Below, one piece after another: positions 18,449-28,053 of a stretch of 64,000 bases of DNA. Position 1 is the first letter of the stretch. Each line of letters starts with the position of its first letter. Below the pieces are notes generated by a model. That model searched no databases. It was not told where the DNA came from and saw nothing but the letters and a program-made list of their open reading frames with translations. Position numbers and translations under genes: made by a program. Origin of the DNA: Patescibacteria group bacterium (GTDB lineage Bacteria; Patescibacteriota; Microgenomatia; UBA8517); NCBI GenBank assembly GCA_018823885.1, contig JAHJHG010000009.1, positions 783-64,782 on the forward strand, written 5' to 3'.

Positions 18449-20410
18449 ATGGACGTACCAGGTTTTTTGAAAAAGAAACAGACAATCCAAGAGGACGCAG
18501 CACAAACAAGTGCCAGTGTGTCTTTACCTCAATCTCAAAATGTTGACAACACACCACCCCCCAATGGTGAGGTTGCTCAAAACAATACTCCAACAAAAAA
18601 ACCACCCATTCCTTCTCCCACCATTGCCTTTAGTCAAAAACAAATGCCCCTTATAGACATTCTTGCTCCTCAATCAATGGAAGTTGATTTTGGCTTTATT
18701 AAAATAAACAATGTCTATTTTAGAACTCTCTTCATCGCCGGATATCCAAGATTTGTTTCCCCTGGGTGGTTAGAACCAATCGTCAATTTTGATAATTCTT
18801 TAGATATTTCATTTAACATTTATCCTGTTGCCGGGAAAACAGTTCTCGACGATTTGAGACGAAAAATTGCCGAGATGGAGGCTGAAATAGCCACTGACCT
18901 CGAAAGGGGAAAAATCGTTGATCCTTCAACCCAAGCAAAACTAGAAGATGCAAGAACGTTGCAAGAACAATTGGTAAAAGGATCTGAGCGCTATTTTGAA
19001 TTTTCTCTCTATATAACCATCCCCGCTCCCTCTCTGGAAGAATTAAACCAAATTACCCGCCAAATCGAATCAACTCTTGGTTCTCTTTTGATCGTTGGCA
19101 AAAGAGCCACTCTTGATATGGAAAAAGGATTTCTTTCGTCAGCCCCTTTTGGAAGAGATGTCCTCTCAATTACAAGAAATATGGATACCACTTCTTTGGC
19201 AACCACTTTTCCGTTAACTTCTGCTGAATTATCCTCCGACAAAGGCGTACTTTATGGCATTAATTCACAAAATGATTCTTTCATTATCTTCGACAGATTT
19301 TCGCTGGAAAACAGCAACATGACTATCTTTGCTACCTCGGGTGCCGGAAAAAGTTATTTTGTTAAATTAGAAGCCTTAAGATCTTTAATGCTCGGAACGG
19401 AGGTTATTGTCATCGACCCTGAAAGCGAATACGAAGCATTGGCTGGTGCAGTTGGTGGACAATTTGTCTCTTTTTCATTTAACTCTCCGTCTAAAATTAA
19501 TCCTTTTGACCTAACTCAAATCTACGAAGAGGGAGAAAATCAGCTAGGATTAAAAATCCTAACTCTTCATTCTCTTTTTAAGGTCATCATGGGGCAATTG
19601 AATGCTACCCAAGAAGCCCTTCTTGATCGAGCCTTGGTGGCAACATACAGAGCAAAAGGAATAACTCAAGACCCAGCAACCCAAAAAAGAGAACCTCCTT
19701 TAATGGAAGATCTTTACAAAATTTTAATGGGTATGGAGACCGCGGAAGCAAAAGACTTGGCAGCAAGAATTGAAAAGTTTGTAAAAGGAAGTTTTGTCGG
19801 CATGTTTGATCAGCAAACAAGCGTCGAGATAAAAAACCCTTTTGTTGTTTTCTCTGTTAAAGATCTGCAAGAAGCACTCAGACCAATTGCCATGTTTATC
19901 ATCTTGGATTTCATTTGGACAAGAGTAAGAAGAGATATTAAAAGAAGGTTGCTGATCGTCGATGAGGCTTGGCACATGATGCGATATGAAGACTCTGCTC
20001 AATTCCTCTGGAGCGTTGTTAAAAGAGCAAGGAAATACTTTCTAGGATTGACCACTATAACGCAAGATGTAGAAGATTTCTTGAGTCAAGACATCGGTAA
20101 AGCTATCGTTACAAACTCGGCTCTTAGGCTTCTCCTTAAGCAGTCTCCTGCGGCAATAGACAAGATCGGCGAAGTCTTTTATTTATCTCAGGGAGAAAAA
20201 CAACTCTTAATGGGGGCGAACATTGGGGAAGGAATCTTTTTTGCTGGACCCCACCATGCACCAATAAGTGTCGTCGCATCCAAAGAAGAACATAAATTGA
20301 TCGATTCAAGGCCTCAGGAAAAGACATTCAATGAAAATGTTGATTCAAGACCTTTTGCAACAACAGAACAAGTTACTCAAAGGAATCAATATGACAGAAA
20401 CCCTCAATAA
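18449..20410 (+). CDS. virB4: VirB4-like type IV secretion ATPase
   Basis: Walker A ATSGAGKS, VIDPESEY, INPFD, Walker B LLIVDEAW, RARKY..GL..ITQ. Confidence 0.9.
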   Translation: MDVPGFLKKKQTIQEDAAQTSASVSLPQSQNVDNTPPPNGEVAQNNTPTKKPPIPSPTIAFSQKQMPLIDILAPQSMEVDFGFIKINNVYFRTLFIAGYPRFVSPGWLEPIVNFDNSLDISFNIYPVAGKTVLDDLRRKIAEMEAEIATDLERGKIVDPSTQAKLEDARTLQEQLVKGSERYFEFSLYITIPAPSLEELNQITRQIESTLGSLLIVGKRATLDMEKGFLSSAPFGRDVLSITRNMDTTSLATTFPLTSAELSSDKGVLYGINSQNDSFIIFDRFSLENSNMTIFATSGAGKSYFVKLEALRSLMLGTEVIVIDPESEYEALAGAVGGQFVSFSFNSPSKINPFDLTQIYEEGENQLGLKILTLHSLFKVIMGQLNATQEALLDRALVATYRAKGITQDPATQKREPPLMEDLYKILMGMETAEAKDLAARIEKFVKGSFVGMFDQQTSVEIKNPFVVFSVKDLQEALRPIAMFIILDFIWTRVRRDIKRRLLIVDEAWHMMRYEDSAQFLWSVVKRARKYFLGLTTITQDVEDFLSQDIGKAIVTNSALRLLLKQSPAAIDKIGEVFYLSQGEKQLLMGANIGEGIFFAGPHHAPISVVASKEEHKLIDSRPQEKTFNENVDSRPFATTEQVTQRNQYDRNPQ

Positions 20411-22391
20411 AATACTGGTCCCGGTAAGCAAAAGAACCGTTAACTTCCTTCATCGGGGTCTTAAGGTTTTTTACCCAGAGATTGTTTTTGGAAGGAAGGA
20501 TGGTAAAAAAATAACTGTTCCTAATTTTTGGCCCGAGGGCGGATATATAAAATCAGATTTTGCCGAACTTCTAAAGAAAACGACGAAAAAAAATGATATT
20601 GATCAAGCTATAAAGATTGTTCTTGAATGGAAAAACCTGTGGGATGAAGGTACACAGCCTGACGATACTATTCCGGAAATTCTTGACGATCTGGTTTCCT
20701 CCATGGATGAAAATGCGACCGGGGAGAAGAAGTTAAGTTCCTACGACAAGCAAGCCCTGGCCAAAAAAACACTACTGGAAAGCCAAAAACAGATTGAAAA
20801 ATCCATATCTATACCAGAACCTATACCTGCTACCTCATCTTCCACAGTCGTATCAAGAACCGCTGGTCGATTTCTATCGGCACCCTATAGAGCCGCCACC
20901 TATCTTTCAGGTCCTACAACCTATTCGAGTTCTGCAAAAGAGGAAGGTCCAGGTACTGCAACGGCGAGATATATGATGAGCCACGGAATATCAAGCGCTT
21001 CGATTCGATCGCTTGGGAATAAAGCTCAACAACTAGGAATTACACCAAGTCAGTTAAATAACCTCGCGAACTTAATTAAGACAGAACAAGAAGCACATCC
21101 TTTTAGTCATAAATGGATTTCTAGAATCTACAGCAGACAAGCTGGTCTGTCTGAATCTCAAGTCGCCTCCTTCCTTATACCATCTGCTGATGGTTCAACC
21201 GCTGTGTTGCCAAGAAAATCGTTTGTGGGAAATGTTATTGGACGGATTGGACAACAACTCTTTGGAAAAGTTTCTTCAAAAGCATTTAAAGCAGTGGGCA
21301 AAAAAGTTGCCGCAAAGGTGACAACAACCGCTGCCGCACAAGCTATCGGAGCGGTAGTGGCTCCAGGACTAGCAAATATTGCCCTTCTTGTTGTAGGAAA
21401 AATAAAAGATTTTATTTCCAGTCTTAAGACAAAGGAGGGCAAAGAAAGGATCCTTGCATTAATTTCTGGGGCGATGTTTCTTGGCGGCATTACCCTTGGC
21501 GGACTTTTAGGAGCCGCCCTTGTTGTTGGTGGTTTTATTTCAGGAGTCGGCTTATTAGCAGCAAAAGCAGGGGGCTTTGGTCTTTTAGGAGCAAGTATTG
21601 GAAGTTTTGGACAAGCGTTTATGGCTGGCCTAACTGGTGTTGTTTTTCCTTCTATTGCAGCCCCACTTATAATCTCTTTTATTTCTATCCCTGTCATGAT
21701 TGCTATCATTCTATTTATTATTAATTCCGGTGCATACATTGTTCCTCCTAGTCCTTTTTCTGAGTCTTCGTTTGCCGGCTTCCCAATAGAATGCACTACA
21801 GAAAAATTACCGGTTTCGCTTCCAAAACCGACAACTTCACTAATTACCGTAAGGGCTTGGGAAATAACGTCGGATCTTTACCAAGGCTTTTGGTGCTACT
21901 GGAATCGTTCTCCAGGAGATTTCCCCGAAGATGTCACTCTTTATCCACCAAGCTACCCTGATTTATTTAATGAAGTATATTTTGAGAAAGACCCTTTTCC
22001 ATCACCGACAGAGGCCTCAAAATGTGGAAATTGTTTGTTTTGGTGTACTTATCTCGTACAAAAAGCCTATCGAGAAACTGGAAACACAGATATTATGATC
22101 ACTCTTTGGTCACCAACAATGTACGAAGATTTTTTAAGGAGGGGAAAAATTATTGTGTCCTCTGAAGCTACTCCTGAAAATGTTGTTTCGGGTAGTGTTA
22201 TTTTCTTTCAGGTTCTTTCAGGGCAAAATAGAATTAATCACGTAGGTATCGTTCATTCAACTACTAAGGACAGTATTCAATATATCCAATCGAACGCGCC
22301 AACTAAAGATGGTTCTCTTACTTTTAGTTTGTCAGGAATAGGAATTCAAGATCTACCTGGTATCAAAATTGTTGGAATCGGATTACCTTAA
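20391..22391 (+). CDS. Membrane protein with C-terminal CHAP/NlpC-P60-like amidase domain
   Basis: Gly/Ala-rich TM region; FWCTYLV...GSVIFF...NHVGIV...IQSN gives a Cys-His dyad. Confidence 0.65.
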   Translation: MTETLNKILVPVSKRTVNFLHRGLKVFYPEIVFGRKDGKKITVPNFWPEGGYIKSDFAELLKKTTKKNDIDQAIKIVLEWKNLWDEGTQPDDTIPEILDDLVSSMDENATGEKKLSSYDKQALAKKTLLESQKQIEKSISIPEPIPATSSSTVVSRTAGRFLSAPYRAATYLSGPTTYSSSAKEEGPGTATARYMMSHGISSASIRSLGNKAQQLGITPSQLNNLANLIKTEQEAHPFSHKWISRIYSRQAGLSESQVASFLIPSADGSTAVLPRKSFVGNVIGRIGQQLFGKVSSKAFKAVGKKVAAKVTTTAAAQAIGAVVAPGLANIALLVVGKIKDFISSLKTKEGKERILALISGAMFLGGITLGGLLGAALVVGGFISGVGLLAAKAGGFGLLGASIGSFGQAFMAGLTGVVFPSIAAPLIISFISIPVMIAIILFIINSGAYIVPPSPFSESSFAGFPIECTTEKLPVSLPKPTTSLITVRAWEITSDLYQGFWCYWNRSPGDFPEDVTLYPPSYPDLFNEVYFEKDPFPSPTEASKCGNCLFWCTYLVQKAYRETGNTDIMITLWSPTMYEDFLRRGKIIVSSEATPENVVSGSVIFFQVLSGQNRINHVGIVHSTTKDSIQYIQSNAPTKDGSLTFSLSGIGIQDLPGIKIVGIGLP

Positions 22392-23035
22392 TGTTTAAGA
22401 AAAAAAATGCCATCATTATTGTTTTTGTTATCTTGATTATTGTTTTTGTTTTCCTTCAAATAAAAACTCAGTCTCCCAAAGTGATAGCGACTCAACCTGA
22501 AGATGGCTCTATCCATGTCTCTCAAGAAACTGATCTTTCTATTCTTTTTGATAAAGCATTAAATGATAAAAACATTAAAAAAATTAGTCTTGAGATCACA
22601 CCAAAAGAGGACTTTGGGCTTGTTTTTTCAGAAAAAGCAATGATTGTTTCTTTTATAAACAATCTTCAACCCGACACTCTTTACTCTATTGTTGTTAAGT
22701 ATAATAGCAAACCTATTTACAATTTTTCTTTTGAAACAACACCATTTACCGACGAAATTATTTCTAAAGAAGGGGCACTTCAATCTATTGACGATTCAAT
22801 CTTTGGCGAGGCTTTTGAAAATTTCATCGAAAATTATCCTTGGTATGTTCATCTTCCGATTGAAAATAGTCAATATCGTATTGTTTACGATTTTGAACGA
22901 AAATCTTTTAGAATAAGAGTTCTCGTTCCCGACTTAGATCCAGAACAAGAAGAAGTGTTTATTGAAAATGCTATTGAAAATCTAAAAACAATTGGTTTAA
23001 TTGAACCTATTAATTACTACGTTATAAAAGAGTAA
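22391..23035 (+). CDS. Membrane-anchored Ig-like (Big_5-type) domain protein
   Basis: N-terminal TM, PKVIATQPEDGS..VS....I.FD, LQPDTLYSI, FSFET. Confidence 0.6.
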   Translation: MFKKKNAIIIVFVILIIVFVFLQIKTQSPKVIATQPEDGSIHVSQETDLSILFDKALNDKNIKKISLEITPKEDFGLVFSEKAMIVSFINNLQPDTLYSIVVKYNSKPIYNFSFETTPFTDEIISKEGALQSIDDSIFGEAFENFIENYPWYVHLPIENSQYRIVYDFERKSFRIRVLVPDLDPEQEEVFIENAIENLKTIGLIEPINYYVIKE

Positions 23036-24151
23036 CTAGCTTTGAATCTTCACAGGCATTATTAAATGAAGGTAATCGGGATCTTTAGGGTCTCTGAAAA
23101 TTCCTGGTGCGTTTGTAGCTGAAAGTTCAATTTGTATTTCATCCTCCTTCACTACCCCTAAGAAGTCCTCTAAGAATCTATAGTTAAACGCTATCTTAAA
23201 ACCTTTTTTGTCTATTGATCCTACCACTTTAGCATCAACCTTCGTTTCCTGTGAACCTGAAGATTGACTTTCTGCGGAAAGTTCAACTGTGTCTTTCCTA
23301 ACAGTGAAATTAATAACATTTGCGGAATCTCGGGCAAAAACGGAAGCCAACTTAACGGCTCGAAGTAATTCTTCTTTATCTAAACTTATTTTTATCTTTG
23401 AATCTTTAGGAATAATCCTCTCAAAATCAGGGAATTCCCCTTCTAATATTCTTGAGGCGAGAATCGTTCCTCCTAGTCCAAAAACAACTTGATTGTCTGA
23501 TTTTCTTAAAGAGAAACCTATTTTCTCTTCTTCAGAGGAAAGTCTTGATAGTTCACTGAGCGCCGTTTTTGGTAATATGACGCTCTGTTTCTTTTGTATT
23601 GTCTTCATTGAAATCTCCTTTTGAGACAATCTAAAACCATCTGTGGCTACTAATATCAATTTCCCTTTTTTATATATGAATAATATTCCTGTTAAAATCG
23701 GCCGTGTTTCATCCACTGAGGCTGCAAAAGAAACTTGAGATAAAGCAGTTAAGAAGCTTTCTCTTTCTAAAATAATCGACTCCTTCCCGACTGATTGAGG
23801 TATTGTGGGAAAATCAGCCGCATTCATTCCAGAAACACTAGATTCAAAATTCTGTGCAGATATTTTTACTTGTTCATTAATAGATGACAAATTAATAGAG
23901 CCAGAAGGTAGATTAGATACAATATCGGTAATCACTCGTGCCGGTACTGTTATTTCTCCTTCTTTGTCTATTTGAGCCCCAACCGATATTGAAACTGACG
24001 TTTCAAGATTTGTTGCAGATACTAAAAGTTTTGCTTTTTTACCAGAAATAAGAATATTACCTAAAACCGGAAGTTGCGCTCTTGCGCTTGTAAATCTGGA
24101 TGCGGTAACGAGAGCTTTAGAAAGATTTTCTTGTAAAACCTGTAATTTCAT
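23036..24151 (-). CDS. dnaN: DNA polymerase III beta clamp
   Basis: ATNLE, RPILTG, VATDGFRLS, GEFPDF, LIMPV. Confidence 0.97.
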   Translation of the reverse strand: MKLQVLQENLSKALVTASRFTSARAQLPVLGNILISGKKAKLLVSATNLETSVSISVGAQIDKEGEITVPARVITDIVSNLPSGSINLSSINEQVKISAQNFESSVSGMNAADFPTIPQSVGKESIILERESFLTALSQVSFAASVDETRPILTGILFIYKKGKLILVATDGFRLSQKEISMKTIQKKQSVILPKTALSELSRLSSEEEKIGFSLRKSDNQVVFGLGGTILASRILEGEFPDFERIIPKDSKIKISLDKEELLRAVKLASVFARDSANVINFTVRKDTVELSAESQSSGSQETKVDAKVVGSIDKKGFKIAFNYRFLEDFLGVVKEDEIQIELSATNAPGIFRDPKDPDYLHLIMPVKIQS

Positions 24152-24440
24152 TTTGTTTATCTTTCTTTCGCATTATATGAACAATAAATAATAAAGGCAA
24201 GATGTTTCCAAAATGTATTTTATTAGTTTTTATTATATGCTGTTCTTTCTTTATATAAATTAGTAGTAATAGTAGTAGGGTTTGTTGATAAGTGGAAAAG
24301 TACGCCTACGTAGGCTGGTGATTGATTGTTTATATTAAACATAGTTAATTGTGGATATAAATGTGGATAAAATTACGATTATTGTTGATAAGTGGAGAAA
24401 CTTGATGGGTTTATCCTCAAAGACTATTTTTTATCCCCAG
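24152..24440. other. oriC: Replication origin oriC (AT-rich region, DnaA-trios, DnaA boxes)
   Basis: Between dnaA and dnaN. TAG TAG TAA TAG TAG TAG trios at 24261-24278. Boxes: TGTGGATAA 24362-24370 (perfect), TGTGGATAT 24350-24358, TGTTGATAA 24283-24291 and 24383-24391, TTATCCTCA 24411-24419. Confidence 0.88.
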
Positions 24441-25793
24441 GATATCCTGACGAGTTTGCACATCCCTACTGGCTAAATGAGTTATCTTTTCCACAGCATG
24501 CATGACAGTTGTGTGATCTCTTCCACCGACAAGCCTTCCAACTTCCTGTAGTGGCAAATTAAGCTGGGTTCTTAATAAATACATCAGAATTTGTCTTGGT
24601 AAGGAAACAGGCCTTGCTCGTGAAGTACCAAGGAGAGCTCTTTTACCAAGAGAAAAGTATCGAGAAACAGCTGTAATAACCTCATTGGGAGTTGCTTTTA
24701 TTTTTTTATCGTTTGATTCAATGCCTTTCCCCAAAAGAGATTGAATTAACTCTTCTGTTATCTCGGTATTTTTTAGTTTTGCTTCAGAAGAAAGTCTAAT
24801 TAGAAAACCTTCCATTTTTCTTGCAGAGTTTATGTTTCCGGCAATAAGTTGGACAAGGTCCATAGGAATTTCGATTCCCCTCTCCTTTGTTTTGATTTGA
24901 ACAATAGCGCATCTAAGTTCAAAGTCAGGCGGAGAAATATCTACAATTAAACCCGCTTCAAACCGACTTCGTAATCGTTCTTCCAACTTCGAGATTTCAT
25001 GCGGGGGCCGATCAGAAGCCAAGATTACTTGTCCTCCTTCTGCAACGAGGGCATTGAATGTGTGGAAAAATTCTTCTTGAACAGCATCTTTTCCAGCGAT
25101 AAATTGGATATCATCAATGATTAAAGTTTTTAGTTTTCTGTACTTATTTCTGAAGTCCACTGTTGTCTTTTTTCTGATTCCCTCGACTATTTCGTTCGTA
25201 AATTCTTCTCCAGTGCAAAAAAGAATTTTGTCATCGACTCGTTCTCCTATTAGGTAGTGACCGACAGCGTTCATTAAATGAGTTTTTCCAACCCCCACTC
25301 CACCCCAAAGAAAGAGAGGGTTATATGAAGTACCTGGATTTTTGGAAACGGCTTCTGCTGCGGCCCAAGCCATTTGGTTGGAAGAGGACACGGCATAGTT
25401 TTCAAAGGTAAATCCCGGTCGAATTCTTGCTTTTGATAGACTAACCCCGATTTCTTCTTGGAGCCTTTCTTCCTGTTCGAAAAGCGGCGCCGGCGCATTT
25501 GTTTTGGTGACCCCTTCTTTCTTTGGATGCTCTTTTACAATAAATATCAAATCGCACTCGGTATCAAGGATCTTTTTTAAAGAATCTTGTATCAGACCAA
25601 AATAGCGCCCTTCGATTGTCGACTTAACAAAACTGGAAGAGCATCCAATTTTGGCAATATATCTCCCCTCTTTTTTACTAAGATTTGAGAGATGAGTTTG
25701 TGAGAACCACGTTGAAAATATCGCCGGTGAGACAGACACCTTTATACTTTCCATGGAATCATTCCATATTTGATTTTTATTAATACTAGACAC
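24417..25793 (-). CDS. dnaA: Chromosomal replication initiator
   Basis: YNPLFLWGGVGVGKTHL, IDDIQF, QEEFFHTFN, GGRDHTTVMHA. GTG start at 25793 is inferred. Confidence 0.97.
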   Translation of the reverse strand: MSSINKNQIWNDSMESIKVSVSPAIFSTWFSQTHLSNLSKKEGRYIAKIGCSSSFVKSTIEGRYFGLIQDSLKKILDTECDLIFIVKEHPKKEGVTKTNAPAPLFEQEERLQEEIGVSLSKARIRPGFTFENYAVSSSNQMAWAAAEAVSKNPGTSYNPLFLWGGVGVGKTHLMNAVGHYLIGERVDDKILFCTGEEFTNEIVEGIRKKTTVDFRNKYRKLKTLIIDDIQFIAGKDAVQEEFFHTFNALVAEGGQVILASDRPPHEISKLEERLRSRFEAGLIVDISPPDFELRCAIVQIKTKERGIEIPMDLVQLIAGNINSARKMEGFLIRLSSEAKLKNTEITEELIQSLLGKGIESNDKKIKATPNEVITAVSRYFSLGKRALLGTSRARPVSLPRQILMYLLRTQLNLPLQEVGRLVGGRDHTTVMHAVEKITHLASRDVQTRQDILGIKNSL

Positions 25794-25845
25794 AGTGATT
25801 AGATTTACGGGACAGTCGGACAGGAGCAAATGCATAGTAGTGAAG

Positions 25846-25854
25846 TTATCCACA
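25846..25854 (+). promoter_or_regulatory. Perfect DnaA box upstream of dnaA (autoregulation)
   Basis: TTATCCACA. Confidence 0.8.
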
Positions 25855-25978
25855 ATTCGTCAACCCCCAAAAAGACCGAAAATTGAAAACTTTGTCCCAC
25901 TCGAGTGCTTTTTGTTGTTGTGGTTCTTTTCTTGCACTTGTCGTAAAATATTAGTAGACTAAACCTTGTTTTAGAGTT

Positions 25979-26116
25979 ATGCCAAAAAGAACATACAGTC
26001 CAAGCAAGAAAAAAAGAGCACGTAAGTTCGGCTTTCGAGTCAGAATGAAGACGAAAGACGGACGAAAGGTTATTTCTAGCAGGAGAAAAAAGGGTAGAAA
26101 GAAACTTTCTTCTTAA
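25979..26116 (+). CDS. rpmH: 50S ribosomal protein L34 (missing from ORF track)
   Basis: Hand translation [45 protein letters not shown]. Confidence 0.95.
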   Translation: MPKRTYSPSKKKRARKFGFRVRMKTKDGRKVISSRRKKGRKKLSS

Positions 26117-26126
26117 ACGTTATCCA

Positions 26127-26471
26127 ATGCTTGCAAAAAAACACAGACTAACAGGAAGAAGTATCTTGGAAGAAGTAAAGAAAAAAGGATCTCTTTACCA
26201 AGCTGATTCTTTCGGGATATTAGTAAGCAAAAGAACAGACGACGAACCTTCGAGGTTCGCTTTTATAGTTTCAACCAAAATATCAAAGACAGCAGTAGAT
26301 AGAAATAAAGCAAAACGCAAGTTGAGAGAAGCTGTTAATCAGAAGATAGGCAAAGTGGCAAATGGGCATGATGTCGTTTTTCTAGCAAAGAAAATGACTC
26401 TTGAGAGAAAAAGTGAAGATTTAACAAGAGAAGTCGAAAAAGTATTTAAAGAATCAGGTTTAATAAAATGA
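26127..26471 (+). CDS. rnpA: RNase P protein component
   Basis: RFAFIVSTKISKTAVDRNKAKRKLRE; synteny. Confidence 0.92.
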   Translation: MLAKKHRLTGRSILEEVKKKGSLYQADSFGILVSKRTDDEPSRFAFIVSTKISKTAVDRNKAKRKLREAVNQKIGKVANGHDVVFLAKKMTLERKSEDLTREVEKVFKESGLIK

Positions 26472-26698
26472 AAAAATTACAAAATACATTGTTTAATATT
26501 TATAAGAATATATTTTCAAAGCCGTTAAAGTTTCTTTTTGGAGGAGGATGTAGATATTACCCTACATGCTCTGATTATTCTCGAAAAGCATTAGCAGAAT
26601 ATGGTTTATATAGAGGAACTTGGGTTTCAATAAAGAGATTATTTCGCTGTCATCCTTTTTCAAAAACGGGATTTTATGATCCTCTTCTAAGCAAATAA
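26468..26698 (+). CDS. yidD: Membrane protein insertion efficiency factor
   Basis: CRYYPTCSDY...RCHPF. Confidence 0.92.
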   Translation: MKKLQNTLFNIYKNIFSKPLKFLFGGGCRYYPTCSDYSRKALAEYGLYRGTWVSIKRLFRCHPFSKTGFYDPLLSK

Positions 26699-26701
26699 AT
26701 A

Positions 26702-27550
26702 ATGAATATTTTTACCACAGCTTTAATTCAACCACTTGCAAACGGCTTAATCGTTGCTTACCGAATACTTGGGGAAAACATGGGGTTGGCAATTCTAGGC
26801 TTCGGCCTTTTCTTGAGGGTAGTACTAAATCCTCTTACAAAGCCATATATGGAATCAATGAAGAAAATGAAAGATTTTGCTCCTCAGTTGGAGAAGCTTA
26901 AGAAAAAACATGGCGGAGATAAAATAAAATTGGCTCAAGCGCAATCAGAGTTTTACAAACAAAAGGGGATTAATCCTGGAGCAGGATGCTTGCCTTATCT
27001 ATTACAGATAGTTGTCTTAATAGCTTTCTTTAATGTATTTTCTCGTGTTTTAACCCCGAATGGTGATATAGTTGCCCGGTTTAATGAGCTTCTCTATGAG
27101 CCCTTGAAATTTGGTGCACAGGAAATTATAAATACAAGATTTTTATACCTTGATGTAACAAAACCTGATGTTATAAATCTTGCTTCTTTGCCAATCCCGC
27201 TACCGGGACCAGTTCTATTGCTTGCCGCCCTTGTTCAGTTTATCTCTGCGAAGATAATGGCTCCTTATGTTAAAGCGGAAGAGAAGGCTGCGAAGAAGAC
27301 AAAAGAAAAGTCAGACGATATCCAAGTAGCAATGCAGCAATCAATGATATACACCTTTCCCCTGATGACCATCGTGATCGGAATGCGTTTTGCTTCCGGT
27401 CTGGCTCTGTATTGGTTCCTTTTTTCAGTTTACCAAGCAATCCAACAATATAATTCACAGGGGTGGGGAGGTTTGACTCCTTGGATTGAGAAAATAGGTC
27501 TGTTACAATCGGATGCTAGGAGTAATAAAAATGGCCGTAAAAAAAACTAA
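26702..27550 (+). CDS. yidC: YidC/Oxa1 membrane insertase
   Basis: INPGAGCLPYLLQ, SGLALYW. Confidence 0.92.
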   Translation: MNIFTTALIQPLANGLIVAYRILGENMGLAILGFGLFLRVVLNPLTKPYMESMKKMKDFAPQLEKLKKKHGGDKIKLAQAQSEFYKQKGINPGAGCLPYLLQIVVLIAFFNVFSRVLTPNGDIVARFNELLYEPLKFGAQEIINTRFLYLDVTKPDVINLASLPIPLPGPVLLLAALVQFISAKIMAPYVKAEEKAAKKTKEKSDDIQVAMQQSMIYTFPLMTIVIGMRFASGLALYWFLFSVYQAIQQYNSQGWGGLTPWIEKIGLLQSDARSNKNGRKKN

Positions 27551-28046
27551 AACAAAAACAGAAATCAAAATCAAAGAAACACCTCTTAAGGAAAAAGTGC
27601 CTTCTGTACAAAAATTGGCAGACAAATTACTTGAGCTTATGGGAACAAAAGCAAAGGCTGTAGCGACAGAAGACAAAAAGAACGAGGCTATAAGGGTGGA
27701 TATCGAAGCAGATGCGGAGACTGGACTATTGATTGGAAGACATGGGGAAACATTGGATGCACTACAAGTTATTCTAGGAATGATGATTTATCAGGAGAGT
27801 AAAGAGTGGGCGAGAATTATTGTGAATGTGGGGGACTGGAGAGAAAAACAAGAAGACCAACTAAAAAGCCTTGCGCTACAGGCAGCAGAAAGAGCTCGGG
27901 AGACAGGAGAGCCACAGACATTATTCAATTTAAATGCTGCACAAAGAAGAATTGTTCACCTTGTGCTAACCGAAGAGAAGGACATTGAAACAGAATCGAG
28001 TGGAGAAGGAAAAGAGCGCTATCTGGTAATTCAACATAAAAAATAG
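27531..28046 (+). CDS. jag: Jag/KhpB RNA-binding protein (KH + R3H)
   Basis: LIGRHGETLDALQ, RRIVH, SSGEG.ER. Confidence 0.9.
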   Translation: MAVKKTKTKTEIKIKETPLKEKVPSVQKLADKLLELMGTKAKAVATEDKKNEAIRVDIEADAETGLLIGRHGETLDALQVILGMMIYQESKEWARIIVNVGDWREKQEDQLKSLALQAAERARETGEPQTLFNLNAAQRRIVHLVLTEEKDIETESSGEGKERYLVIQHKK

Positions 28047-28053
28047 AGGATTA

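Noticed and set aside
21158-21796. 212-aa antisense ORF and similar shadow ORFs (e.g. 10600-11079, 12600-13046, 42200-43126)
   Set aside because: They lie opposite well-supported genes, have no motifs, and are expected from codon bias.
6278-23035. ICE or prophage integrated at tmRNA or tRNA
   Set aside because: No integrase, relaxase or phage genes are visible, and I saw no duplicated ssrA or tRNA 3' end.
25794-25853. Longer dnaA start at 25853
   Set aside because: That GTG lies within the DnaA box and the extension does not look like DnaA.
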